Below are positions 1-7,254 of a stretch of DNA of 12,734 bases, in pieces. Within the stretch, counting starts at the first letter, position 1. Every line of letters starts with the position of its first letter. The translations under genes were made by a program, and so were the position numbers. The stretch comes from Candidatus Iainarchaeum sp. (lineage in GTDB: Archaea > Iainarchaeota > Iainarchaeia > Iainarchaeales > JAFCCJ01), in assembly GCA_043816965.1 (NCBI GenBank), contig JBDRHK010000037.1:1-12734 (forward strand), in the 5' to 3' direction. Below the pieces are notes generated by a model. That model did not search any database, had not been told where the DNA came from, and saw nothing but the letters and a program-made list of their open reading frames with translations.

Positions 1-141
1 AGTTCCCACTGTTTTTCAGCAGCCATTTCCAAACAGGAATGTATTCTAAGGTTTTGTTTTTCGTTTTTATGATTTCCTCATGTTCAAGCGTTAAAATAAG
101 GCCCTTTTTTATTTTAAGTTCTTTTAGTGCTTCAAGCAATC
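1..141. repeat. Terminal direct repeat, left copy (141 bp, identical to 12594-12734)
   Basis: Base-by-base identity from AGTTCCCACTG to TTCAAGCAATC at both window ends. 141 equals a commonly used maximum assembler k-mer, so it is probably a circularisation overlap. Confidence 0.97.
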
Positions 142-1267
142 CTAATTCCTCCCTGCCTTTGTTTTCCCCGGTCAGATTGTAGCATACCTGTATTGCTTCT
201 TTAGGCTTGTTCCCCTCAACAACTATAAAGTCTGTTTCTTTATTGTTTTTGTAATAATAAATGTGCTTTTTTCTTCTTTTTAGTTCAAGAAAAACGAGAT
301 TCTCAAGTTTTTGCCCTAAATCCTCCGAGAATTTTATCGAAACAGCACTTGCAAGGCCTGTATCGATGCAATACACTTTTTGAGGATTAATCAATTGTTC
401 TTTATAGGAATATGAAAACTTCCGTATCGTAAACAGAAGGAATGCGTTGCTGAGGTCTTCAATTATCCTTTTCACAGTATTTGGGCTGCCATATCCGAAG
501 TGTTTCTGTATTTTTCTCAATGACACTTGGTTAGATATATTGGAAACCATGAATTGGGCTATCTCCTTAACCGAGTGTTCCCTGCCTTTTGGTGTCCTGA
601 TGTCCTTGAATATTATGTCGTCGTACAAATTTTTCAGTATCTCATAATCCTTATTTTTTACTGCCTCTGGAAATCCGCCCCCCAGGAGATATTCATTAAA
701 ATAGTTCCTTAGTTTTGCTATTTCTTTAGTCAGGAAATGGGCGTCTTTTTTTACCTTAAATTGCTTGGCTTTCAGGAATTCAGTGAAAGAAAAGGGCATT
801 AGCTCAATGTCCAGGTGCCTTCCTGTTAGGTGTGTCGCAAGCTCCCCACTGAGAAGCTTTGCGTTTGAGCCGGTTATTATAATCCTCTTGTTTTCCCTCT
901 GGAGCCTGTTGACAAACAGTTCCCAGCCCTTTACATTCTGAATCTCATCAAACAGGAAGTGGTCCTTATCGCCATAAAGCTCGTTGAATGCCTGGATCAG
1001 CCTTTCAAAATCGCCTGCCTTAAACCCCAGAATCCGGTCATCATCAAAGTTGAAATAGCAATAATTGCCCCCAAGGTTTCTTGAAATAAACTGGTTAAGC
1101 AAAGTGCTTTTGCCGCACCTTCTCGCCCCAGTAACCGCTATAATAAACCCGGTTTTGGCCTTTTTCCCAAGTTCCATCAGGGCAGTCCGCTCAATGCCAA
1201 ACTCCCTGCCAAGCAAACTTTCCTTTTGGCTAACTATAACCTTCTTCAGCAAATCTACCGCAATCAT
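1..1267 (-). CDS. AAA+ ATPase (AAA_14-like) with C-terminal DUF4143 (PD-(D/E)XK-like) domain, 422 aa; stop codon completed only across the terminal repeat
   Basis: Manual translation from ATG at 1267: MIAVDLLKKVIVSQKESLLGREFGIERTAL... Walker A GARRCGKST (1103-1129), Walker B HFLFDEIQN (~935-961), IIITGSNAKLL, LTGRH, MPFSFTEF, YLLGGGFPE, PQKVYCIDTGL (353-385), LENLVFLEL, ETDFIV, AIQVC; ends IPVWKWLLKNSGN. The frame runs off base 1; in the end copy the next codon is TAA (tta at 12592-12594). Not in the supplied ORF track. Confidence 0.93.
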   Translation of the reverse strand, partial: MIAVDLLKKVIVSQKESLLGREFGIERTALMELGKKAKTGFIIAVTGARRCGKSTLLNQFISRNLGGNYCYFNFDDDRILGFKAGDFERLIQAFNELYGDKDHFLFDEIQNVKGWELFVNRLQRENKRIIITGSNAKLLSGELATHLTGRHLDIELMPFSFTEFLKAKQFKVKKDAHFLTKEIAKLRNYFNEYLLGGGFPEAVKNKDYEILKNLYDDIIFKDIRTPKGREHSVKEIAQFMVSNISNQVSLRKIQKHFGYGSPNTVKRIIEDLSNAFLLFTIRKFSYSYKEQLINPQKVYCIDTGLASAVSIKFSEDLGQKLENLVFLELKRRKKHIYYYKNNKETDFIVVEGNKPKEAIQVCYNLTGENKGREELGLLEALKELKIKKGLILTLEHEEIIKTKNKTLEYIPVWKWLLKNSGN

Positions 1268-1277
1268 ACTATTTAAG

Positions 1278-1338
1278 TGAACCAAAAACCTTTTAAAGTG
1301 TTCATCTATATTGAACACTTCTTATATAAAGTGTTCAT
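1278..1338. promoter_or_regulatory. Alternating inverted/direct repeat array upstream of the ATPase (candidate operator)
   Basis: TAAAGTGTTCAT at 1294-1305 and 1327-1338 (33 bp apart), inverted copy TGAACACTT at 1312-1320, and a partial TGAAC at 1278-1282. Together they form two TGAAC-N16/17-GTTCA palindromes. Confidence 0.65.
1290..1297 (-). promoter_or_regulatory. Putative archaeal TATA box of the ATPase gene
   Basis: Minus-strand TTTAAAAG ending 23 nt upstream of the ATG at 1267, similar to the spacing at the other four genes. Confidence 0.55.
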
Positions 1339-4300
1339 TTAGCCCGAGAATCTAACAGGGAAAGAATTGCTTACATTTCCCTCTGAATCTATCACATACA
1401 GGTAAGCTGTCTGGCTGCTGTTGAATGTGCCTTGGTTGGCGGTGAAGGTTATTGACCCAGTACTCCATGCTGAGGGGATTTGGATTTCGCAGTTTCCGCC
1501 GGTGATGTTTTTTTGGGCCCAAGTGGAGACATTGCAGAGTTCTATTCTTGCCTGGGTGTTGTCGATGTAAACATTGTCGAAATAGCTCCTATCAGTGCCT
1601 CCGGGATGGTAGCCCCCATACATATTCCCCAAACCTAACCTATGCCACAATCCATCCACATCAGTAATATTCACATTGGTTTCATCAACCGCAATCTGGC
1701 CATTAATCCAGGTCTTTACAATTCCGCTTGATGCTGTATAGGGCTCCTCAATCTCTGCGTAAACATCCCATCTTTGCCATTGGTTGATTGTTTCTGACCA
1801 GGTGCGGGTTACGTTAGATGAGAAATCAAAGCCAAATGTAGGAGTATTCTGGAAATTTGTGGCCCAGACCTCTTTGACTGGCATAATAGCACCCATCATC
1901 ATCTGTGGAAGCTCGTCTCCAGCAGAATCCCATCCAAAAACATAGAACTGTTTGTGATTATTTGGGAGTTCTCCAGGTACTTGCGGCTCCATATATCGCC
2001 AGTAGGACAGGAAAATTCTTCGCAAAGGACCTGGGCTTGAATCCCAGTTAGTGTTTATAGAGCTTATTGAATAGTTTTGCCATTGTATAAGGGTGCTCAA
2101 TGAACCAGCATGGCTTCTTGTATTGCTGTATGATGGCAATGGAGGCTGGCTAAAATCCCCCCATGCAGATCCAATTACCGGGAGATTATCCCTAATGGTT
2201 TCCCCAATCGTTCCATCCTCAAAATCATCCCAAACCATGGGTTCTGCACTCCCCTTAACACCAAAATTGCTTCCGGAAATTGTGAAGGAGCCCTTGTGTA
2301 TGAGGTTGGAGGGAGCTGAGGAAATTTGCGGGCCAGTACTAGGGGGATCAAAAGGGGCAACATCAAAATTCAGTTCCCCTGAGGAGTTTGAGCTCAGGGA
2401 AAGTGATGCTGCTTGCCCGGTCGTAATATTCTGGATTAGGACAATGTAATTTTCGGATTGGAGCAAATCCTGAACAGTGTTGGAAACTGTTACTGTTGCA
2501 TCGTATTCATATGTGAAAGCTTCTGAAACTTCTCCAACAGTTCCCCTCATTAAAATCCTTGGTGTTGCCTCGCCAGTAATCCCCCCACAACTTAGACCAT
2601 TGCCAGAATCTATTAGTGAAATTACAGGGGCTCCCAAAATACTTTCAATAGTTGCTTGGTCGCACCTTCCCGGAACAGTGCATTCGCCAATTTGCCAGCT
2701 TCCGGAACAGCAATATCCGGTTTCATAAGGAGTTCCTCCGCAGTCGCACCTTTCGGTAATTGCCTCTGGGCAGACCGGGCAAAGCATATCAACTTCATCA
2801 CAATCCTGGTCTATTCCATCGCCGCAGATTTCTGTTGTCGGGGTGCAGACAGGGCATTCTGGAGTTCCGTCACAATCTGAATCATCGCAGTCAATTGAAT
2901 TATCGCAATCTTCATCAGTTCCGTTGTTGCAGATTTCTGTTTCAGGCACACAAGGAGGTTCTTCACCAAAGTTAATTTCAAAACCGTTTTCATTTACAAT
3001 CCCGGTTTCATCAACAACATACAAATATGCCGGTCCCGAAGTATTTAACCTCCCAGTATTTGCAGTAAATGTGATTGAATTATTCGACCATGCGGAAGGG
3101 ATTTGTATTGCACAATCTGTTCTGGTGTGCCAGTTCGAACCTGAACATATTTCAACCCTTGCCTGGGTTGTATCAATGTAAACGTCATCATAGTAATATT
3201 CTACAACCACACTATCTACAGTACTCCCTGCATAGAAGGGCAGCCATAGGGATTCATAGTACCTGCCCTCACAACCTGGCATCCTGCTTGGAAATCCATC
3301 ATCATAATATTTGAGACTATTGTCAATCCAGGCAGCTTTTGTCCCGTCACCAACTCCCACTGTTGAGAGAGCCCCAAATATTTCTTCTCTTTGCCACTTC
3401 CCCTCGCCCTTTGGGACACTTGCACTTGCAAACCGCGAAGTACCCACTTGGCAATTGTCTGTCCAAAAGCCCCTGTTTTCCCCATCTCCTGAGCTTGAAC
3501 CTATATCTGGTGCGGTGCTATAATATTCATTCACAACCCTGAGAAATTTCATGTTAGTTGGAATCCCACTAATGTGGTTTACATGAAGGTAGTGAGAAGT
3601 ATAAATTTCATCAATATTTGAGGTTAGAGTTGTTAGGTATTTCCTTGCAGCCGAGCGTGATCCGCCAGTAGTGACACCATCAATAAATGCCCTCCCTGAA
3701 AGATTCCCTGCGTAAACTTCGAGATCAGAGTAAACTGGGAAGAAATCGGCAGTAGTAGCGACCTCCCAGCCAGTTAAGGAGAGGTCTTCCCCAAGAATGC
3801 CTGATTCAAAATTATCCCAAATTAAAGGTGCTGCAGGGCTTTTTGAACCAAAATTGCTGCCGGAAATTGTAATTTCTTCCCCATGGGAAATGTTTGGAGC
3901 TGGATTAATGGAAGGATAAGTCTCAATATCTGATATATCAATTCCGCTGATGTAGTATCTGTCCCCCTCAAAATCCAGGTTTAGATAACCATCATTAACC
4001 AGGATATTGAATGCAAGCCTATAATCATCGGTCCTTTCAGATCCGGCAAGATTTGATACAGTTAGTTTATTTTCAACGGTGAGGTTTAGAGGATACCAGC
4101 CATATTCCGAAGTTTTCCCAAAATACAGTTTTACCTGATAATAGCCATTTGGAATTTTAATTGTGAAATTGTGGGGGTTTCTGCTTTCATGGTGGTCACG
4201 GTAAACGCTCTGGGGTTCTAGGTAAGTTAAGGAACCGTTGTATGCTGTGGTAATTTTTTCTAAAACATTTCCTGAATCAAACCCCTCCTCCCAACCATAA

Positions 4301-4458
4301 CCAATTTCCTCAGTAAATGCTGCCGGAACAAAACTAACCCATCCATTAGCAGTGTCGATATTTGAGGGGTCATCAAAATCCAAATTTAAGGAGAATTGGG
4401 CAGAAACAGAAATAGATAGCAGAAACAGGAAAAATACTGGAAGAATGATTCTTTTCAT
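1339..4458 (-). CDS. Secreted multidomain putative glycan-binding/adhesin protein, paralog A (~1039 aa)
   Basis: Signal peptide MKRIILPVFFLFLLSISVSA. Then a galactose-binding/malectin-like domain (LDFD...GYGW...IPNGYYQVKLYFG...VNDGYLNLDF), module 1 (~2965-3915), Cys/Asp repeats EICNNGTDEDCD and EICGDGIDQDCD, the GGITGEATPRILMRG/YEYD domain, and module 2 (~1342-2330). ATG 4458 is preferred over GTG 4461 because of TATA spacing and the MK(K/R) start of the paralogs. Confidence 0.9.
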   Translation of the reverse strand: MKRIILPVFFLFLLSISVSAQFSLNLDFDDPSNIDTANGWVSFVPAAFTEEIGYGWEEGFDSGNVLEKITTAYNGSLTYLEPQSVYRDHHESRNPHNFTIKIPNGYYQVKLYFGKTSEYGWYPLNLTVENKLTVSNLAGSERTDDYRLAFNILVNDGYLNLDFEGDRYYISGIDISDIETYPSINPAPNISHGEEITISGSNFGSKSPAAPLIWDNFESGILGEDLSLTGWEVATTADFFPVYSDLEVYAGNLSGRAFIDGVTTGGSRSAARKYLTTLTSNIDEIYTSHYLHVNHISGIPTNMKFLRVVNEYYSTAPDIGSSSGDGENRGFWTDNCQVGTSRFASASVPKGEGKWQREEIFGALSTVGVGDGTKAAWIDNSLKYYDDGFPSRMPGCEGRYYESLWLPFYAGSTVDSVVVEYYYDDVYIDTTQARVEICSGSNWHTRTDCAIQIPSAWSNNSITFTANTGRLNTSGPAYLYVVDETGIVNENGFEINFGEEPPCVPETEICNNGTDEDCDNSIDCDDSDCDGTPECPVCTPTTEICGDGIDQDCDEVDMLCPVCPEAITERCDCGGTPYETGYCCSGSWQIGECTVPGRCDQATIESILGAPVISLIDSGNGLSCGGITGEATPRILMRGTVGEVSEAFTYEYDATVTVSNTVQDLLQSENYIVLIQNITTGQAASLSLSSNSSGELNFDVAPFDPPSTGPQISSAPSNLIHKGSFTISGSNFGVKGSAEPMVWDDFEDGTIGETIRDNLPVIGSAWGDFSQPPLPSYSNTRSHAGSLSTLIQWQNYSISSINTNWDSSPGPLRRIFLSYWRYMEPQVPGELPNNHKQFYVFGWDSAGDELPQMMMGAIMPVKEVWATNFQNTPTFGFDFSSNVTRTWSETINQWQRWDVYAEIEEPYTASSGIVKTWINGQIAVDETNVNITDVDGLWHRLGLGNMYGGYHPGGTDRSYFDNVYIDNTQARIELCNVSTWAQKNITGGNCEIQIPSAWSTGSITFTANQGTFNSSQTAYLYVIDSEGNVSNSFPVRFSG
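1639..1813. repeat. Near-identical tract shared by genes A and D (copy at 9796-9970)
   Basis: 175 bp, ungapped, 6 mismatches by manual comparison. The flanking homologous sequence is visibly more diverged. Confidence 0.9.
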
Positions 4459-4478
4459 CACTAATGAATAGGCTTTTA

Positions 4479-4605
4479 GGTTATTTATAATTAATGCCTA
4501 GGAGAAGCTCACCGGATATCCATTGCTTACATTTCCCTCGGAATCTATCACATACAGGTAAGCGGTCTGGCTGCTTGTGAATGTTCCTTGGTTTGCGGTG
4601 AATTG
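4479..4605. repeat. Shared 3'-end plus downstream-promoter segment (copy at 9489-9615; coding part also at ~1367-1447)
   Basis: GGTTATTTATAATTAATGCCTAGGA is identical at 4479-4503 and 9489-9513. It is followed by near-identical sequence encoding FTANQGTFxSSQTAYLYVIDSEGxVSN in genes B, D and A. Confidence 0.9.
4481..4490 (-). promoter_or_regulatory. Archaeal-type TATA box for gene A
   Basis: TTATAAATAA on the minus strand, ending 23 nt before ATG 4458. Confidence 0.75.
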
Positions 4606-7131
4606 GATTGAACCGCTGCTCCATGAGGAGGGGATTTGGAGCTCGCAAATAGCACCGGCATTTTCCCTTGCCACCCAGGCTGAAACATTGCAGATTTCAA
4701 TCCTTGCCCAGGTGTTGTCGATGTACATCTCATCGAACCAGACCCTATCATTTGGATCTGTCTCAGCATATCTGGCATTAAAAAAACCAAACTCTGAAAC
4801 ATGCTCTGTCGTATCATAATTATCTGTAAGGAGGTCAGTTGCATTAAACACTAATCGTTCATCAAACCAAATGTTTGTGATTCCATTTGAAGCGCCTGGA
4901 GGATTATTAAACTGCAATTCAGATGAAAAGGAATGCCATTCATCCATTGTAATGTCATTAGCAGGATGTAAGTCAAAATCATACCTTGAATAAGTTGGAA
5001 ATTCATTTCCATATGCTACGCTGTCATATCTCATTTCAAACGTATTAGTAGGATAGCCTCCATCTGGTTCAGGTACTTTAGCCGATGCCTCGAATTTTGG
5101 GCCTTTAAGTTTAGAAAAAGACATATTCTCCGGATTAGTATGCCAAATCCAGTGCGGCTTGAACCAGAGTTTGTAATACCATTTGTTTGAATTAGGATTA
5201 TTTTGAGGAACGAATCCTGGCTGATGTGTAAAAACTCCGGTGTAATTGACTTCGCCAGTATCGTTGTACCAATTTCCCTGGAGCGCCCCTGTTGAAAAAC
5301 CATGCCTTAAATTTTCAGGTGCAGTAGTTGGCTCAATTGCCCCGAAAGTTATGGCAGTTGTAATCGAGAACTTATGCCCCCAACCAGGATCAATCCCGTC
5401 CTCGAAATCATCATACATTAATGGTGCTGCAGGCTCCTTAGTGCCGAAATCACTTCCGGAGATTGTGAATGAAGAATTGTGGGAAAGGGTTGTTGAGCTT
5501 AGGGAATTGATTATTGGTTCCCCTCCGCTTGGGGGAAGTAATGGGGCAAGGCTAAAACTTAATTCACCAGAAGAATTTGATTGGGAGTGGATGATTGTTG
5601 ACTGGCCGTTATCGGCATTGAATATGTAAATATCATAATTTTCCGAGGCGATTAGGTCTTGTACTACATGGTCAATTGCAAGGGTTGTATCATACTCATA
5701 AATGAATTCCCCCGAAACTGTACCTGTTGTACCTCTCATAAGGATTCTTGGTGTTGCTTCTCCAGTTATTCCCCCGCACATTAGGGAGTTAGTGGAGGTG
5801 AGTAGTGAGATTACAGGCACTCCCAACAGGCCTTCAATCGTTTCCTGGTCGCATCTTCCTAGAGGGCATGGCAAATCGCTTCCATCGCAGTCCTGGTCTA
5901 TTCCATCACCGCAGATTTCTGTTGTTGGGGTGCAGATTATGCATGCAGGAAATGTTTCGCAATCAGATGCATCGTCACAGTCAATTAAAGAATCACAGTC
6001 ATCATCAATGCCATTATCGCAGATTTCCGTTGTTGGGGTGCATGGAGGCGGTTCTCCAAATGCTATTGAGTGGCCGTTTTCGTTAACTTCCCCGAACTCA
6101 TCAATAACATAGAGGTAGGCATTTTGGTTGCCGGGAAGGGCTCCCTGGTTTGCGGTGAATTGGATTGAGCCATTGCTCCAGGAGGAGGGGATTTGGAGTT
6201 CGCAAATAGCGCCGGCATTTTCCCTCTCCGCCCAGGCTGAAACATTGCAGATTTCAATCCTTGCCCAGGTGTTGTCTATGTACATCTCGTCGAACCAGAC
6301 CCTATCATTTGGATCTGTCTCGGCATATCTGGCATTATAAAAACCAAACTCTGAAACATGTTCCGTTGTATCATAATTATCTGTTAGAAGATCACTGGCG
6401 CTATAGACAAGCCTTTCATCAAACCAAATATTTGTTATCCCATTTGAAGCACCGGCAGGATTATTAAACTGTAATTCAGATGAAAAAGAGTGCCATTCAT
6501 CCATTGTAATCTCATTAGCAGGATGCAGGTCAAAATCATATCTTGAATAAGTTGGAAATTCATTCCCATATATTACATAATTATATCTCATTTCATACGC
6601 ATTAGTAGGATACCCTCCTCCAGGTTCAGGTACTTTAGTCGATGCCTCGAATCTTGGGCCTTTAAGTTTAGAAAATGCAATATCTTCTGTCTGAGTATGC
6701 CAAATCCAGTGCGGTTTAAACCAGAGTTTGTAATACCATTTGTTTGAATTAGGATTATTTTGAGGTACAAAACCTGGCTGATGTGTAAAATATGCACTAG
6801 CCGATCCAGAATCATAATCATTGTAAAAATTACCTTGAAGTGCTCCACTAGAAAATTCATGTCTTAAATTTCCAACTTCACTTGTTAGCTCAATTCCTCC
6901 AACGGTTATTGCAGTATTCATATTATATTTATGCTCCCATAACGGATTAATTCCATCTTCAAAGTCATCATACATTAAAGGATGTGCAGGTTCTTTAATC
7001 CCGAAACCACTCCCTGAAATTGAAACAGAATCGCCGTGGGAAAATGTTTCCGGTGCCGAGGAAATTGCCGGCGCGGCGTAAACAGCCCCTGCAAGGAGGA
7101 TTAACAAAATCCCGAAAATTGCCTTTTTCAT
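4498..7131 (-). CDS. Secreted multidomain putative glycan-binding/adhesin protein, paralog B (877 aa)
   Basis: Signal peptide MKKAIFGILLILLAGAVYA. Two closely related constant-end/variable-core modules are separated by EICDNGIDDDCD and EICGDGIDQDCD repeats and the GGITGEATPRILMRG/YEYD domain. No galactose-binding-like domain. Confidence 0.92.
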   Translation of the reverse strand: MKKAIFGILLILLAGAVYAAPAISSAPETFSHGDSVSISGSGFGIKEPAHPLMYDDFEDGINPLWEHKYNMNTAITVGGIELTSEVGNLRHEFSSGALQGNFYNDYDSGSASAYFTHQPGFVPQNNPNSNKWYYKLWFKPHWIWHTQTEDIAFSKLKGPRFEASTKVPEPGGGYPTNAYEMRYNYVIYGNEFPTYSRYDFDLHPANEITMDEWHSFSSELQFNNPAGASNGITNIWFDERLVYSASDLLTDNYDTTEHVSEFGFYNARYAETDPNDRVWFDEMYIDNTWARIEICNVSAWAERENAGAICELQIPSSWSNGSIQFTANQGALPGNQNAYLYVIDEFGEVNENGHSIAFGEPPPCTPTTEICDNGIDDDCDSLIDCDDASDCETFPACIICTPTTEICGDGIDQDCDGSDLPCPLGRCDQETIEGLLGVPVISLLTSTNSLMCGGITGEATPRILMRGTTGTVSGEFIYEYDTTLAIDHVVQDLIASENYDIYIFNADNGQSTIIHSQSNSSGELSFSLAPLLPPSGGEPIINSLSSTTLSHNSSFTISGSDFGTKEPAAPLMYDDFEDGIDPGWGHKFSITTAITFGAIEPTTAPENLRHGFSTGALQGNWYNDTGEVNYTGVFTHQPGFVPQNNPNSNKWYYKLWFKPHWIWHTNPENMSFSKLKGPKFEASAKVPEPDGGYPTNTFEMRYDSVAYGNEFPTYSRYDFDLHPANDITMDEWHSFSSELQFNNPPGASNGITNIWFDERLVFNATDLLTDNYDTTEHVSEFGFFNARYAETDPNDRVWFDEMYIDNTWARIEICNVSAWVARENAGAICELQIPSSWSSGSIQFTANQGTFTSSQTAYLYVIDSEGNVSNGYPVSFS
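4590..5233. repeat. Internal duplication in gene B (copy at 6147-6790)
   Basis: Constant 1557-bp offset at both ends of the tract. The proteins are nearly identical (FTHQPGFVPQNNPNSNKWYYKLWFKPHWIWHT...DEMYIDNTWARIEICNVSAW) and many differences are synonymous. Confidence 0.92.
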
Positions 7132-7153
7132 GTGTTATAATTAGTATAATGTG

Positions 7154-7163
7154 ATATTTATAA
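7154..7163 (-). promoter_or_regulatory. Archaeal-type TATA box for gene B
   Basis: TTATAAATAT on the minus strand, ending 23 nt before ATG 7131. Confidence 0.75.
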
Positions 7164-7178
7164 CTATGGGAATTAAAG

Positions 7179-7233
7179 CTGAGCTTGCATCATAGGTACC
7201 TAGCTCAACACTGAGCCTGTTTGAATAGTACCT
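7179..7233. repeat. Imperfect 32-bp-period tandem repeat with palindromes in the longest intergenic region
   Basis: CTGAGCTTGCATCATAGGTACCT (7179-7201) versus CTGAGCCTGTTTGAATAGTACCT (7211-7233), 16/23 matches. Also TGAGCT...AGCTCA inverted repeat at 7180-7207 and TAGGTACCTA palindrome at 7193-7202. Confidence 0.5.
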
Positions 7234-7254
7234 TATCTAGCGCGCACTATGGCC

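Noticed and set aside
1..141. Terminal repeat as a biological LTR, att site or phage terminal repeat
   Set aside because: It lies within a coding sequence, has a length typical of an assembler k-mer, and there are no phage, integrase or transposase genes.
1..1267. ATPase as a truncated pseudogene, or as a Cdc6/Rep initiator
   Set aside because: It is full-length once the ends are joined. Its motifs match the AAA_14+DUF4143 pattern rather than Orc1/Cdc6, MCM or rolling-circle Rep motifs.
4459..4461. GTG start for gene A as given in the ORF track
   Set aside because: The adjacent ATG at 4458 gives the same 23-nt TATA spacing and MK(K/R) start as the three paralogs.
4590..6790. Diversity-generating retroelement TR/VR pair
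   Set aside because: Differences between the repeats are not adenine-specific and are often synonymous. Both copies are coding, and there is no reverse transcriptase in the window.
7132..7254. tRNA, CRISPR mini-array or C/D box sRNA in the intergenic region
   Set aside because: No cloverleaf or T-loop consensus, repeats too degenerate and without spacers, and no correctly ordered C and D boxes on one strand.
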